DNA from: an uncultured Trueperaceae bacterium
GTDB taxonomy: Bacteria > Deinococcota > Deinococci > Deinococcales > Trueperaceae
DNA length: 64,000 nt
Reading direction: 5' to 3'
NCBI GenBank assembly: GCA_963815215.1
Contig: CAWFFU010000003.1
Location: 192,001-256,000, forward strand
Below are positions 11,351 through 25,808 of the stretch, piece after piece. Positions within the stretch are counted from its first letter, which is position 1, and every line of letters begins with the position of its first letter. Made by a program: the position numbers and the translations under genes. The notes beneath the pieces were generated by a model. The model was not told the origin of the DNA and made no database searches. It was given only the letters and a program-made list of their open reading frames with translations.

Positions 11351-11653
11351 GTGCGTACCGACCGCGTGGAGCAGCTCTTCGTGCGGCGGCGTGCCGGGCG
11401 CATCGAGGTGCTGATGGTGCTGGAGTCCCCCGCCGGCGGTCGTCAGCGCGAGACCCTGCAGACCCCGACGAGTTCGCCGGAGGCGGCCGTGCGCTTCACC
11501 GCCACCCACCTGTCGCGGCGGGGCATCGTGGCCTCCGATCGCCTCCGCCTTCGGATCGAGCGCGGCGGTGACCTGGTCGACGACGCACCGCTGCGCGAGC
11601 TGCTGGTGGCGACGCTGGCGCGCGAGGCGCCCGACGATGGGCCTGGGGACTGA
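11351..11653 (+). CDS. Small hypothetical protein
   Basis: GGAG SD, GTG start 11 nt after the lysC stop, GC3-biased codons. Confidence 0.55.
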   Translation: MRTDRVEQLFVRRRAGRIEVLMVLESPAGGRQRETLQTPTSSPEAAVRFTATHLSRRGIVASDRLRLRIERGGDLVDDAPLRELLVATLAREAPDDGPGD

Positions 11654-11713
11654 CACCGTGGGACGGACACCGTGAGGCTGAAACTGTGGGGCTGAAGCTG
11701 TGGGGCTGAGACT
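11652..11713 (+). repeat. Imperfect 14-bp tandem repeats
   Basis: GTGAGGCTGAAACT / GTGGGGCTGAAGCT / GTGGGGCTGAGACT at 11672, 11686 and 11700; GACACCGTG duplicated at 11652 and 11666. Confidence 0.7.
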
Positions 11714-12248
11714 GGCCACGCTGGCCTACCTGAGGCGGGACGGGCGCACCCTGATGCTCCACCGCAGCGGCCGCGAGGACGACTACCACCGCGGGCGTTA
11801 CAACGGCCTGGGCGGCAAGTTCGAGCCCGGTGAATCGCCGGAGGCGTGCCTGCGGCGCGAGGTCCTCGAGGAATCGGGGCTGAGTGTCGAGGAAGCGCAC
11901 CTCAAGGGCTTCTTGACGTTCCCTGCGTTCGACGGCAAGGACGACTGGTACGCCTTCGTCTACGTCGTGCCGCGTTTCTCCGGTGCGCTCGCCGAGCGCT
12001 CCCCCGAGGGCACGCTGCACTGGGTGTCGGACGATGCGCTGCTCGCCCTGCCGTTGTGGCCGGGCGATCGGGTGTTCCTGCCGTGGCTCACGCGGCCCTC
12101 CCTGTTCTCCGCGACGTTGCGCTACGAAGGGGGCCACTACCAGGGCTACCAGGCGGCGTTCTACGGCCCGGGAGGCGTCTTCGTCGGGGCGGAGGAGGGC
12201 GGCGCGGACGGATCCGGCCGGACGGATCCGGCCGGGCCGATCAGGTGA
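11700..12248 (+). CDS. NUDIX hydrolase (MutT/8-oxo-dGTPase-like)
   Basis: Nudix box [30 protein letters not shown] and LWPGDR motifs. Confidence 0.88.
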   Translation: MGLRLATLAYLRRDGRTLMLHRSGREDDYHRGRYNGLGGKFEPGESPEACLRREVLEESGLSVEEAHLKGFLTFPAFDGKDDWYAFVYVVPRFSGALAERSPEGTLHWVSDDALLALPLWPGDRVFLPWLTRPSLFSATLRYEGGHYQGYQAAFYGPGGVFVGAEEGGADGSGRTDPAGPIR

Positions 12249-12564
12249 GGCCGGCCAGACTGGCGCGGTCGACCCGTGCCACCAGGCGCTGGGCCAGCAT
12301 GACGTTGCCGTCGAGCTTCAGCTTGCCGGTCATGAAGGCCGACATGGGGTTCAACTCACCCGTCATCAGCCGGACGAGATTCTCGTCGCTCACGCGGATG
12401 GTGACGTCGGGCGCCTCGGCTTCACCGTCGTGCGCCGTCAGCCGGCCGTTCTCGAGCACGTGGTAGACGGGTTCGGAGATGGCGTACTGGATCACGGCGT
12501 TCTCGGCCATATCGCTGGCGTCGAAGCTCTCGGGGATGCGGTGGAGCAGCTCCTTCGCGTTCAT
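12241..12564 (-). CDS. SCP2 sterol/lipid-binding domain protein
   Basis: PDVTI...LMTGELNPMSAFMTGKLKLDGNVMLA. Confidence 0.9.
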   Translation of the reverse strand: MNAKELLHRIPESFDASDMAENAVIQYAISEPVYHVLENGRLTAHDGEAEAPDVTIRVSDENLVRLMTGELNPMSAFMTGKLKLDGNVMLAQRLVARVDRASLAGLT

Positions 12565-12649
12565 GCCGACAGTCTAGCGGTTGTACGCCGGCGGAGGGTC
12601 GCCGGCGGAGCTTAGACGGCCGCTCGGTATACTCGGCGGTGCGCCCGCG

Positions 12650-13825
<1,176 letters not shown>

Positions 13826-13861
13826 GCGACCACCGGAGCTTCCCACGATAGGAGCGGCAGC

Positions 13862-15013
13862 GTGATCGATTTCGAGCTCAGCGACGAGCAGAAGCAATTC
13901 CAGAGCCTGGCGCGGCAGTTCGCGCGGGAGCACATCGCGCCGGTCGCCGCTCAGCACGACCGCGAGGAGAGCTATCCGGAGGAGGTGATCCGGCGCGGGC
14001 ACGAGCTGGGGCTGCTCAACACCATCGTTCCCGAATCGGCCGGTGGCCTGGGGCTGGGGTCGCTCGACGAGGCCGTCATCGGTGAGGAGCTCGGCTACGG
14101 TTGCATGGGGATCTACACCATCTTCATGGCCTCGGAGCTGGGCATCACGCCTTTGTTGCTGGCGGGCAGCCCGGAGCAGCACGAGCGCTTCCTGCGGCCT
14201 CTGACCCAAGGGCCGAAGCTCGCGGCGTTCGCGCTGTCCGAGCCCGACAACGGTAGCGATGCCGGGGCCATGAAGACGCGGGCCGTCCTCGACGGTGACG
14301 ACGTCATCCTGAACGGCAGCAAGATGTGGATCAGCAACGGCGACAGGGCCGAGTTCACGGTGGTGTTCGCCAGCTTCGATCCCGGGCGCAAGCACCACGG
14401 CACGTTGGCTGTGGTGGTCGAGGCCGGCCGGGAGGGCTTCAGCGCCCGCAAGCTGCATGGCAAGCTGGGACAGCGCGCCAGTCCCACCGCCGAGCAGGTG
14501 TTCGACGACGTGCGCGTGCCGCGCGCCAACATCCTGGGCGAGCCGGGCGACGGCTTCCGCATCGCCATGCAGACGCTCGACAAGACGCGCATCCCGGTCG
14601 CGGCGGGCTCCGTGGGGGTGGCGCGCCGCGCCCTCGACGAGGCCCTGGCCTACGCTGCCGAGCGCCACGCCTTCGGCCGCCCCATCGCGCGCTTCCAGGC
14701 CATCCAGTTCAAGCTCGCGGAGATGAAGATCGGCATCGAGACGGCGCGCTGGCAGACCTATCATGCCGCCTGGCTGGCGGACCGGGGGTTGCCACACACG
14801 GAGGCGTCCGCCATCGCCAAGGCCTATGCCTCGGACATGGCTTTCAAGTCCGCCGAGGAGGCGCTCAACGTTCACGGTGGCTACGGCTACGTCAACGAGT
14901 ACCCGGTCGAGAAGCTGATGCGCGACGTCAAGCTCAACCAGATCTACGAGGGGACGAACGAGATCCAGCGGGTGGTCATCGCCCGCGGCCTGTTGCGGCA
15001 GGTCCTAGAATAG
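13862..15013 (+). CDS. Acyl-CoA dehydrogenase
   Basis: [43 protein letters not shown]. Confidence 0.93.
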   Translation: MIDFELSDEQKQFQSLARQFAREHIAPVAAQHDREESYPEEVIRRGHELGLLNTIVPESAGGLGLGSLDEAVIGEELGYGCMGIYTIFMASELGITPLLLAGSPEQHERFLRPLTQGPKLAAFALSEPDNGSDAGAMKTRAVLDGDDVILNGSKMWISNGDRAEFTVVFASFDPGRKHHGTLAVVVEAGREGFSARKLHGKLGQRASPTAEQVFDDVRVPRANILGEPGDGFRIAMQTLDKTRIPVAAGSVGVARRALDEALAYAAERHAFGRPIARFQAIQFKLAEMKIGIETARWQTYHAAWLADRGLPHTEASAIAKAYASDMAFKSAEEALNVHGGYGYVNEYPVEKLMRDVKLNQIYEGTNEIQRVVIARGLLRQVLE

Positions 15014-15086
15014 TCGGGCGGGGAGGCGCCTGCCCCTCGGGACCCTCGAATACCGCCGCGCCGACGGGCGCGGCCTGGAGGACAGC

Positions 15087-15845
15087 GTGAAGATCGTGAC
15101 CATCCTGAAGCAGGTGCCCGACGCCGAGGCGCGGGTACGGACCAGTGGCGGGGAGGTGGACCTCGGCGGGGTCACCTTCGTGATCGACGGCATGGACGAG
15201 TACGGCGTCGAGGAGGCGTTGCGCATCCGCGAAAGCGGCCTCGAGGCCGAGGTGGTGGTGCTGGCGCTCGGGCCGCAGCGCTTCGAGGAGGCGGTCCGCA
15301 CCGCCCTCGCCATGGGTGCCGATCGCGCCGTGCACATCGAGACCGACGACGCGCTCGACGCCATCGCGCAGGCGCGCGTGCTGGCGACCGCGATCCAGCA
15401 GGAGGCCGCCGATCTGGTGCTGGTGGGCGGCAAGGAAGCGGATTGGGACAGTGCGGCGCTGGGCGCCGCCGTGGCCGAGGCGCTCGGCTGGGCGCACAGC
15501 GACTGGACCACAGAGCTGCGCCTCGAAGGTGGAAGGTTGCACACCCGGCACGACACGGACGACGGCAGCGAGGCGTTGAGCCTGCCGCTTCCCGCGGTGG
15601 TGACGACGCAACAGGGGCTCAACGAGCCCCGTTACCCCACGCTCCCCAACATCATGAAGGCCAAGCGCAAGGAGCTCGCCAAGAGGACGCTGCAAGACTA
15701 CGGCGGCGCCGAAGCGCTGACGACCACGCTCGAGCAGACCATCCAGACCCGCGAGCGCATCGGAAAGGTACTCCAGGGCGACCCCGGTGAGGCCGCCCGC
15801 GAGCTGGTACGGCTCCTGGCCGACGAGGCCAAGGTGCTGTCGTAG
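15087..15845 (+). CDS. etfB: Electron transfer flavoprotein beta subunit
   Basis: [37 protein letters not shown]. Confidence 0.93.
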   Translation: MKIVTILKQVPDAEARVRTSGGEVDLGGVTFVIDGMDEYGVEEALRIRESGLEAEVVVLALGPQRFEEAVRTALAMGADRAVHIETDDALDAIAQARVLATAIQQEAADLVLVGGKEADWDSAALGAAVAEALGWAHSDWTTELRLEGGRLHTRHDTDDGSEALSLPLPAVVTTQQGLNEPRYPTLPNIMKAKRKELAKRTLQDYGGAEALTTTLEQTIQTRERIGKVLQGDPGEAARELVRLLADEAKVLS

Positions 15846-15862
15846 ACGTGCAAGGAGACGGC

Positions 15863-16834
15863 ATGATCCTGATCGTGACCCAAGCCAACGCGGACCGCGC
15901 CCAGAAGACGGACCTGGAGCTGGTCCGGGCCGCGCGCGAGCTCGCCGCAACGCTCGGCCTGCCGCTGGCCGCGGCGGTGCTGGGCGCCGACCCGGCGCCC
16001 AAGGCCGACGACCTGGCGCGCTACCTGCCGACCGTCTACCGGCTCGCTTCCGGCGCGCTGGCTCCCTTCCGTGCCGAGCCGTTCACCAGCGCCGTGTACG
16101 GCCTGGCGCAGCGGATCGGCGCCCGCGTGGTACTGATGGCGGCGTCGCGCTCCGGTCAGAGCCTGGGCCCTCGCCTGGCGATGCGCATGGGGGCGCCGCT
16201 GCTCGAAGACGTCATCGCGCTCGAGGTGACGGGCGGCAAGCTGACGGCGACACGCTTCACCTACCTGTCGCGCGTCACGGAGAGGGTGCAGGCCGAGTCG
16301 CTTCCCGCTGTCGTGAGCGTCAAGCCCAACGTGTTCACGGCCGCCGAGCCCGCCGACGCGACGGGCGCCGCCGAGGACGGCGAGGTTGTGTTGGGCGAGC
16401 ACGACGAACGCGTCGAGGTCGGCGAGCGGACCAGCGCGAAGGGCGGGCGCGTGGCCCTGGAGGACGCCAAGATCGTCGTCACGGGTGGCCGCGGTATGGG
16501 CGACGCCGACGGCTTCGTCAGGCTGGTGGAGCCGCTGGCCGATGTGCTGGGCGCGGGCGTCGGGTCGACGCGCGCCGTGGTCGATGCCGGATGGCGGCCC
16601 TACGTCGAGCAAGTCGGGCAGACGGGCAAGACCGTGGCCCCCGACCTCTACCTCGCGCTGGGCGTGTCCGGCGCCGTCCAGCACCTCTCCGGCATGAACC
16701 GCTCGAAGGTGATCGTAGCGATCAACAAGGACCCGGACGCCCCCATCTTCAAGGTGTGCGACTACGGTGTGGTCGGTGACGTGAACTCCGTGGTGCCGCC
16801 GTTGAGGGAGGCGCTGTCGGAGCGCGGCGCCTAG
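15863..16834 (+). CDS. etfA: Electron transfer flavoprotein alpha subunit
   Basis: [50 protein letters not shown]. Confidence 0.95.
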   Translation: MILIVTQANADRAQKTDLELVRAARELAATLGLPLAAAVLGADPAPKADDLARYLPTVYRLASGALAPFRAEPFTSAVYGLAQRIGARVVLMAASRSGQSLGPRLAMRMGAPLLEDVIALEVTGGKLTATRFTYLSRVTERVQAESLPAVVSVKPNVFTAAEPADATGAAEDGEVVLGEHDERVEVGERTSAKGGRVALEDAKIVVTGGRGMGDADGFVRLVEPLADVLGAGVGSTRAVVDAGWRPYVEQVGQTGKTVAPDLYLALGVSGAVQHLSGMNRSKVIVAINKDPDAPIFKVCDYGVVGDVNSVVPPLREALSERGA

Positions 16835-16835
16835 C

Positions 16836-18020
16836 ATGACGGGCCGGGGAGGGGACGCCGAGCCGGTGGCCGCCGTCGCGAACGGCGGCGACGCAGGCAC
16901 CGGAGTGCTGGTGCGACGCGCCACCAAGGGCGACCTCGAGGCGCTCGACGGGCTCGAGCGCAGCTTCCCCGGTGACCGTCTGAAGCGCAGTTCCCTGTCC
17001 CGCCTGTTGGGCCGCGACAGCGCTGAGCTGTGGGTGGCCGAGGCCTCCGGGCGCGTGGTCGGTGACGCGGTGGTGCTATTCCGCAAGGGGTTCGTCTCGG
17101 CGCGCCTGTACTCGCTGGTGGTCCGGCCGGAGAGCCGTCGCCAGGGCGTGGCCCGATCGCTGCTGGCTCGGGCCGAGGCGGGGGCCCGTGAACGCGGCGC
17201 CGTGGCCATGCGCCTCGAGGTCCGCGAGGACAACCGGACCGCCATCGTGCTGTACGAGAAGTTCGGCTACGAGGTGGTGGGACGTACCGCGGACTACTAC
17301 CAGGACCATTCGGACGCGTTGCGCATGCAGAAGCGCTTCGCCGCCGGCGGAGCCGTCGTTCAGGCGGTGCCTTACTACCCGCAATCGCTGGAGTTCACCT
17401 GCGGGCCGGCAGCGCTGATGATGGCGATGCGCCACCACGGCTACCCGGTGCCGCTGGAGCGCTGGCTCGAGCTCGCCCTGTGGCGCGAGGCGACCACCAT
17501 CTTCATGCTCTCCGGGCACGGCGGCTGTAGCGCCCACGGCCTGGCGGTAGCGGCGCTGCGCCGCGGCTTCCGCGCCACGGTGGTGACGCGCGACGCCGAG
17601 GTGCCGTTCCTCGACTCGGTCCGCAGTGACGACAAGAAGGACGTCATCCGCATCGCGCACCGCACCTTCGAACGCGAACTGCGCGACCTCGGCGGCCGCG
17701 TCGAGCTGCGTGACGTCACCGACCGGGACGTCGTCGAGGCGCTCAAGCGCGGCGCCCTTCCGCTGGTGATGCTGTCGGGCTACCGGCTGTACGCCGAGAA
17801 GGTCCCGCATTGGGTGGTCGTGACCGGCTTCGACGCCGATCACCTGTACCTGCATGACCCCTTCATCCCCGATGGCGCCGGCCGCGCCGACAGCGTGCAC
17901 CTGCCGTTGAGGCGCGACGCCTTCGAGGCCGTGAGCCGATTCGGCAGACGCCGTCATCGGGCCATGGTGGTGGTCGAGAGCTGGGGGCGGGTCAGCCGTC
18001 GGCGGCCAGGTAGCGGATGA
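16836..18020 (+). CDS. GNAT (RimI-like) acetyltransferase fused to a C39-like papain-fold peptidase (DUF3335-like)
   Basis: RLYSLVV, RRQGVA, LEVREDN..AI.LY, then QSLEFTCGPAALMMA, LWREATTIFM, HWVVV, LHDP. Confidence 0.88.
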   Translation: MTGRGGDAEPVAAVANGGDAGTGVLVRRATKGDLEALDGLERSFPGDRLKRSSLSRLLGRDSAELWVAEASGRVVGDAVVLFRKGFVSARLYSLVVRPESRRQGVARSLLARAEAGARERGAVAMRLEVREDNRTAIVLYEKFGYEVVGRTADYYQDHSDALRMQKRFAAGGAVVQAVPYYPQSLEFTCGPAALMMAMRHHGYPVPLERWLELALWREATTIFMLSGHGGCSAHGLAVAALRRGFRATVVTRDAEVPFLDSVRSDDKKDVIRIAHRTFERELRDLGGRVELRDVTDRDVVEALKRGALPLVMLSGYRLYAEKVPHWVVVTGFDADHLYLHDPFIPDGAGRADSVHLPLRRDAFEAVSRFGRRRHRAMVVVESWGRVSRRRPGSG

Positions 18021-18867
18021 TCTCCCCGTAGATCTCGGGGTTGGCCTGATCCTCCTCGCCGGCCGCGATGGTCGGGTTGTCGTTCACCTCGATGACGTAG
18101 TACTCGCCGTCGATCTCCTTGATGTCGACGCCGTAGAGGCTGTTGCCGATCGCTGCCGCCGCGGCGAGCGCCACCTCCAACAGGCGGGGGTCGGCCTGGT
18201 CGCGTGGGACGCCCTCGACGCTGGCCAACTCGCCGGCGTCGCTGCGGTCCATGGTGCGCCAGCCCTGCGGCGGGAAGCGGTACATCACCACCGCCAGCAC
18301 GCGGCCGTCCAGGGTGATCACGCGCCAGTCGAAGTCGCTCGGCATGTACTGCTGCACCACCAGGCGGTCGGCGCGCCTCAGGAAGCGACGCCCGACCTTC
18401 ACGAACGCTTCCGCGGTGGCCACCTTGTCGACGTAGAGGCTGAAGCTGGAGTTCGGCGCCTTCAGCACAACGGGCGTGCCCAGCGACTCGAACAGCGCCT
18501 CGGCGGTGGCCTCGCGCACCTCGTCCTCGGCCAGGAAGCGTGTGACGGGTATCGGTACGCCGTTGCGCTCGAGCCGGGAGTACATGTTGACCTTGTCGCA
18601 GCAGATGCGGATGGACTCGGCCTGGTCGAGCACGCGGATGCCGAGTAGCTCGGCCGATCGCGCCACCACGTAGCTGGTGTTGAGCGGATCGGTGAGCGCC
18701 CGGATCAACACTCCGTGGTAGTTGCGCAGGTACTTCAGCTCGTCCTTGAACAGGAAGTCGAGCTCGTGACCCAGCTCGAAGGCCGCCAGCCGGAAATTCG
18801 TCAGGGCCGTGAGCTCCACCGCGGAGCGGATGGTGTAGCGTTCGGCGAAGATGGCTAGACGCGCCAT
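17992..18867 (-). CDS. RimK-like ATP-grasp peptide ligase
   Basis: CCDKV, VVLKAPNSSFS, VQQYMPSDFDWRV, YGVDIKE, VIEVNDNP. Confidence 0.88.
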   Translation of the reverse strand: MARLAIFAERYTIRSAVELTALTNFRLAAFELGHELDFLFKDELKYLRNYHGVLIRALTDPLNTSYVVARSAELLGIRVLDQAESIRICCDKVNMYSRLERNGVPIPVTRFLAEDEVREATAEALFESLGTPVVLKAPNSSFSLYVDKVATAEAFVKVGRRFLRRADRLVVQQYMPSDFDWRVITLDGRVLAVVMYRFPPQGWRTMDRSDAGELASVEGVPRDQADPRLLEVALAAAAAIGNSLYGVDIKEIDGEYYVIEVNDNPTIAAGEEDQANPEIYGEIIRYLAADG

Positions 18868-19496
18868 GATCCCAGCTCCGTGACCAGTGCCCGTTCCTCG
18901 GGCGTGAGCTGCGCCAGCGGCAGCGGCATCAGGGCCGACAGTAGGTACGCTTTGGGGGTGACGATCACGCGCACGCGAGCCAGCGGCAGCCGGAAGGTCC
19001 CGAACACCGCCCGCGCGAACGCCTCGTACTCGGGCACCAGCGTGCGCCCCAGCACGCAGCGCACCACGTCGATGCGGTAGTCGGGCGGAAGCTCCTGGCA
19101 CAGCACGGCGTACTTCCCGGTGTAGGTCAGTCCGTTGCGTCGCGCCTCGATGGCGGCGGTGTCGACCAGCAGCTCCCCCTTCTCGGAGAAGGGATTGACG
19201 GGGTAGGCCATGAGCGGTGGGGGTGGGAAGCGCGAGGTGGTGATGTGGAAGGCGGGCACCAGCACTCCCGCCAGGCGCGCTTTCTCCATGGCGATCGGCA
19301 CCACGTAGGCGTCGAGCGCGTCGGCGGTGGTGGGGATGAGGTCGAGGCCGGAGAGCTCGGCGTCCAGCGAGCCGTAGTAGCCGCTGGCGAGGTAGCCATA
19401 GTCGCCGGCCATGTTGGCCAGGTCCGCGGCGACGCCCCCCGAGGGGGCGTCGCCTGCGAACCGGGCCGGATCGAGCTGTAGCAGTGGGATCGTCAC
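18855..19496 (-). CDS. Stand-alone RimK-like ATP-grasp N-terminal (RLAN) domain protein
   Basis: NMAGDYGYLASGYYGSLDAE motif; GTG start 19 nt after the pgk stop; overlaps the ligase start. Confidence 0.75.
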   Translation of the reverse strand: MTIPLLQLDPARFAGDAPSGGVAADLANMAGDYGYLASGYYGSLDAELSGLDLIPTTADALDAYVVPIAMEKARLAGVLVPAFHITTSRFPPPPLMAYPVNPFSEKGELLVDTAAIEARRNGLTYTGKYAVLCQELPPDYRIDVVRCVLGRTLVPEYEAFARAVFGTFRLPLARVRVIVTPKAYLLSALMPLPLAQLTPEERALVTELGSWRV

Positions 19497-19515
19497 GGGG
19501 TCGGCGCGGCGCCTC

Positions 19516-20694
19516 TCAGACTTCCAGCGCCGCGACGCCGGGGAGGGTCCTGCCCTCGAGGAACTCGAGCGCGGCTCCCCCTCCGGTGGAGATGTGCCCG
19601 ATGCGGTCGGCCAGGCCCGTTGCGTTGACGGCGGCCACCGAGTCGCCACCTCCCACCACCGTGAAGGCGCTGAGCTCGGCGACGGTCCGGGCCATGGCGA
19701 CGGTGCCGGCGTCGAACGGCGGAGTCTCGAACACGCCCAACGGCCCGTTCCAGAACACCGTGCGAGCACTGCTGAGCGCCTCCCGGAAGGCCGCGATGGC
19801 GCGCGGGCCGATGTCCAGCCCGAGCTCGCCGTCGGGGATCGCATCGGTGGGGTGGACCGCGGTCTTCGCCCCATCCTTCAGCTCGCGGGCGCACACCGAG
19901 TCCTCGGGGAGGACCACGCGCACGCCACGCTCGGTAGCCTGCGCCAGCAGCTCGCGGGCGGTGTCGAACTGATCGGGCTCGACGCGCGAGGCGCCCACCC
20001 GCCCGCCCTGCGCCGCCACGAACGTGAAGGCCATGGCGCCACCGACGACGATGGTGTCGGCGACCCCGAGCAGGCTACTGATGACGCCGATCTTGTCCGA
20101 CACCTTGGCGCCGCCCAGGATCACCGCGAACGGGTGTTCCGGGTCGTCGAGCAGCTTGCCGAGGGCGTGCAGCTCCTGCTGGAGCAGGTGCCCCGCCGCC
20201 GCCGGCAGCAGCCGCGCCACGCCCTCGGTGCTGGCGTGGGCGCGGTGGGCCGAGCCGAACGCGTCATTGACGTAGGCGTCGGCGTACCCCGCCAGGATGC
20301 GGGCCAGGGCGGGGTCGTTCTTGGTCTCCCGGGCGTCGAAGCGGGTGTTCTCCAGCAGTGTCACGCTGCCGTGCGGGGCGTCCTGCACGAACGCTTCCTG
20401 CTCCGGGGAGGCGGGGCCGTCGCAGGCCAGGTAGCGCACGTCACGCCCCAGCAGCTCCCCGAGACGCGCCGCCACGGGGCGCATGCGGGCGGACTCGTCC
20501 ACGCCCTTGGGACGTCCGAGATGGCTCATGAGGATGAGGGTCGCGCCGCGCGACGAGAGCGCTTCCAGCGTGGGTAGGGCCGCGCGGATGCGGGTATCGT
20601 CCCCGACGCGACCGTCCTTGATCGGGACGTTGAAGTCGACCCGGACCAGGACGCGTTTGTCCTTGACGTCGAGGTCCTCGAGGGTCCGTAACAT
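19516..20694 (-). CDS. pgk: Phosphoglycerate kinase
   Basis: VRVDFNVP, SHLGRP, LLENTRF, DAFGSAHRAHAS, GGAKVSDKI, GGGDS, STGGGA. Confidence 0.98.
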   Translation of the reverse strand: MLRTLEDLDVKDKRVLVRVDFNVPIKDGRVGDDTRIRAALPTLEALSSRGATLILMSHLGRPKGVDESARMRPVAARLGELLGRDVRYLACDGPASPEQEAFVQDAPHGSVTLLENTRFDARETKNDPALARILAGYADAYVNDAFGSAHRAHASTEGVARLLPAAAGHLLQQELHALGKLLDDPEHPFAVILGGAKVSDKIGVISSLLGVADTIVVGGAMAFTFVAAQGGRVGASRVEPDQFDTARELLAQATERGVRVVLPEDSVCARELKDGAKTAVHPTDAIPDGELGLDIGPRAIAAFREALSSARTVFWNGPLGVFETPPFDAGTVAMARTVAELSAFTVVGGGDSVAAVNATGLADRIGHISTGGGAALEFLEGRTLPGVAALEV

Positions 20695-20746
20695 GAGGGC
20701 TCCTATCCGAGCGTTCGAGATGGGGCGAACGGCGCCAGAAGGCCGT

Positions 20747-25169
<4,423 letters not shown>

Positions 25170-25199
25170 GGTGTTACCTCGCTCTCCGGGGGCGGCCAC

Positions 25200-25500
25200 G
25201 AGAACGCGCCCCGAACGCATGCGGCGTTGGGGCGCGTGACGTGCCGCGCGATACCACCCAACTTCTCCGGCCCCTCGCGGGGTTCGGACTCGAGCGACTG
25301 CCCCGCTCACGGGAAGCGGGAGAGTCCGGCGCTGTGACGCGCGCCGCGCGGCTCCGTCTACTGTCGCCGCGACGGTTCGCGCCGAGTTCGGGGAGCGGCT
25401 CGGGGAGGATCTTCGGCCTGCCGGTTCCCGACCGGGCTCGCACCGTCCCCGGCTCGCTGGAGGGTCCCTCGTGCAGGCGTACTCGTTCCCGTCATCGCCC
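25200..25500 (-). ncRNA. T-box riboswitch with Ile (AUC) specifier
   Basis: GCGATGA...AGTA...CAGCGAG..GGTGCGAG stem I; GAAG-ATC specifier (25410-25408); T-box AAGTTGGGTGGTATCGCG (about 25264-25247); hairpin 25205-25236. Confidence 0.92.
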
Positions 25501-25579
25501 TTCCGCCGGCCGGAGTGCACCGTGCCGTGGCCGGCGGTTCAGAGCCGCTTTACAACCTTCGGCGGCCCCGCATATACTA

Positions 25580-25608
25580 AACCTAGCAGCAGGCCGTGAC
25601 AACGTCAA
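25580..25608 (-). promoter_or_regulatory. Putative promoter of the T-box/ileS transcript
   Basis: TTGACG-17-TAGGTT with an extended TG. Confidence 0.55.
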
Positions 25609-25808
25609 TCATGCCGCTGCGATTCCTCGCACAACCTGCTCGTGCGTCTTCGCGGTGCGCGCATGCTCCTTGGACGTACGGTGTGCGACCCCGCCGGATG
25701 GTGGACAACGAGCGTTCCCATGAGCCACGTCAAGGTTCGAGATCCAGTTCGAGTTCTGCATCCCAGCCTCGTGCCCCTTCGAGGGCGAGCGCACGGAACG
25801 GAGATGGC

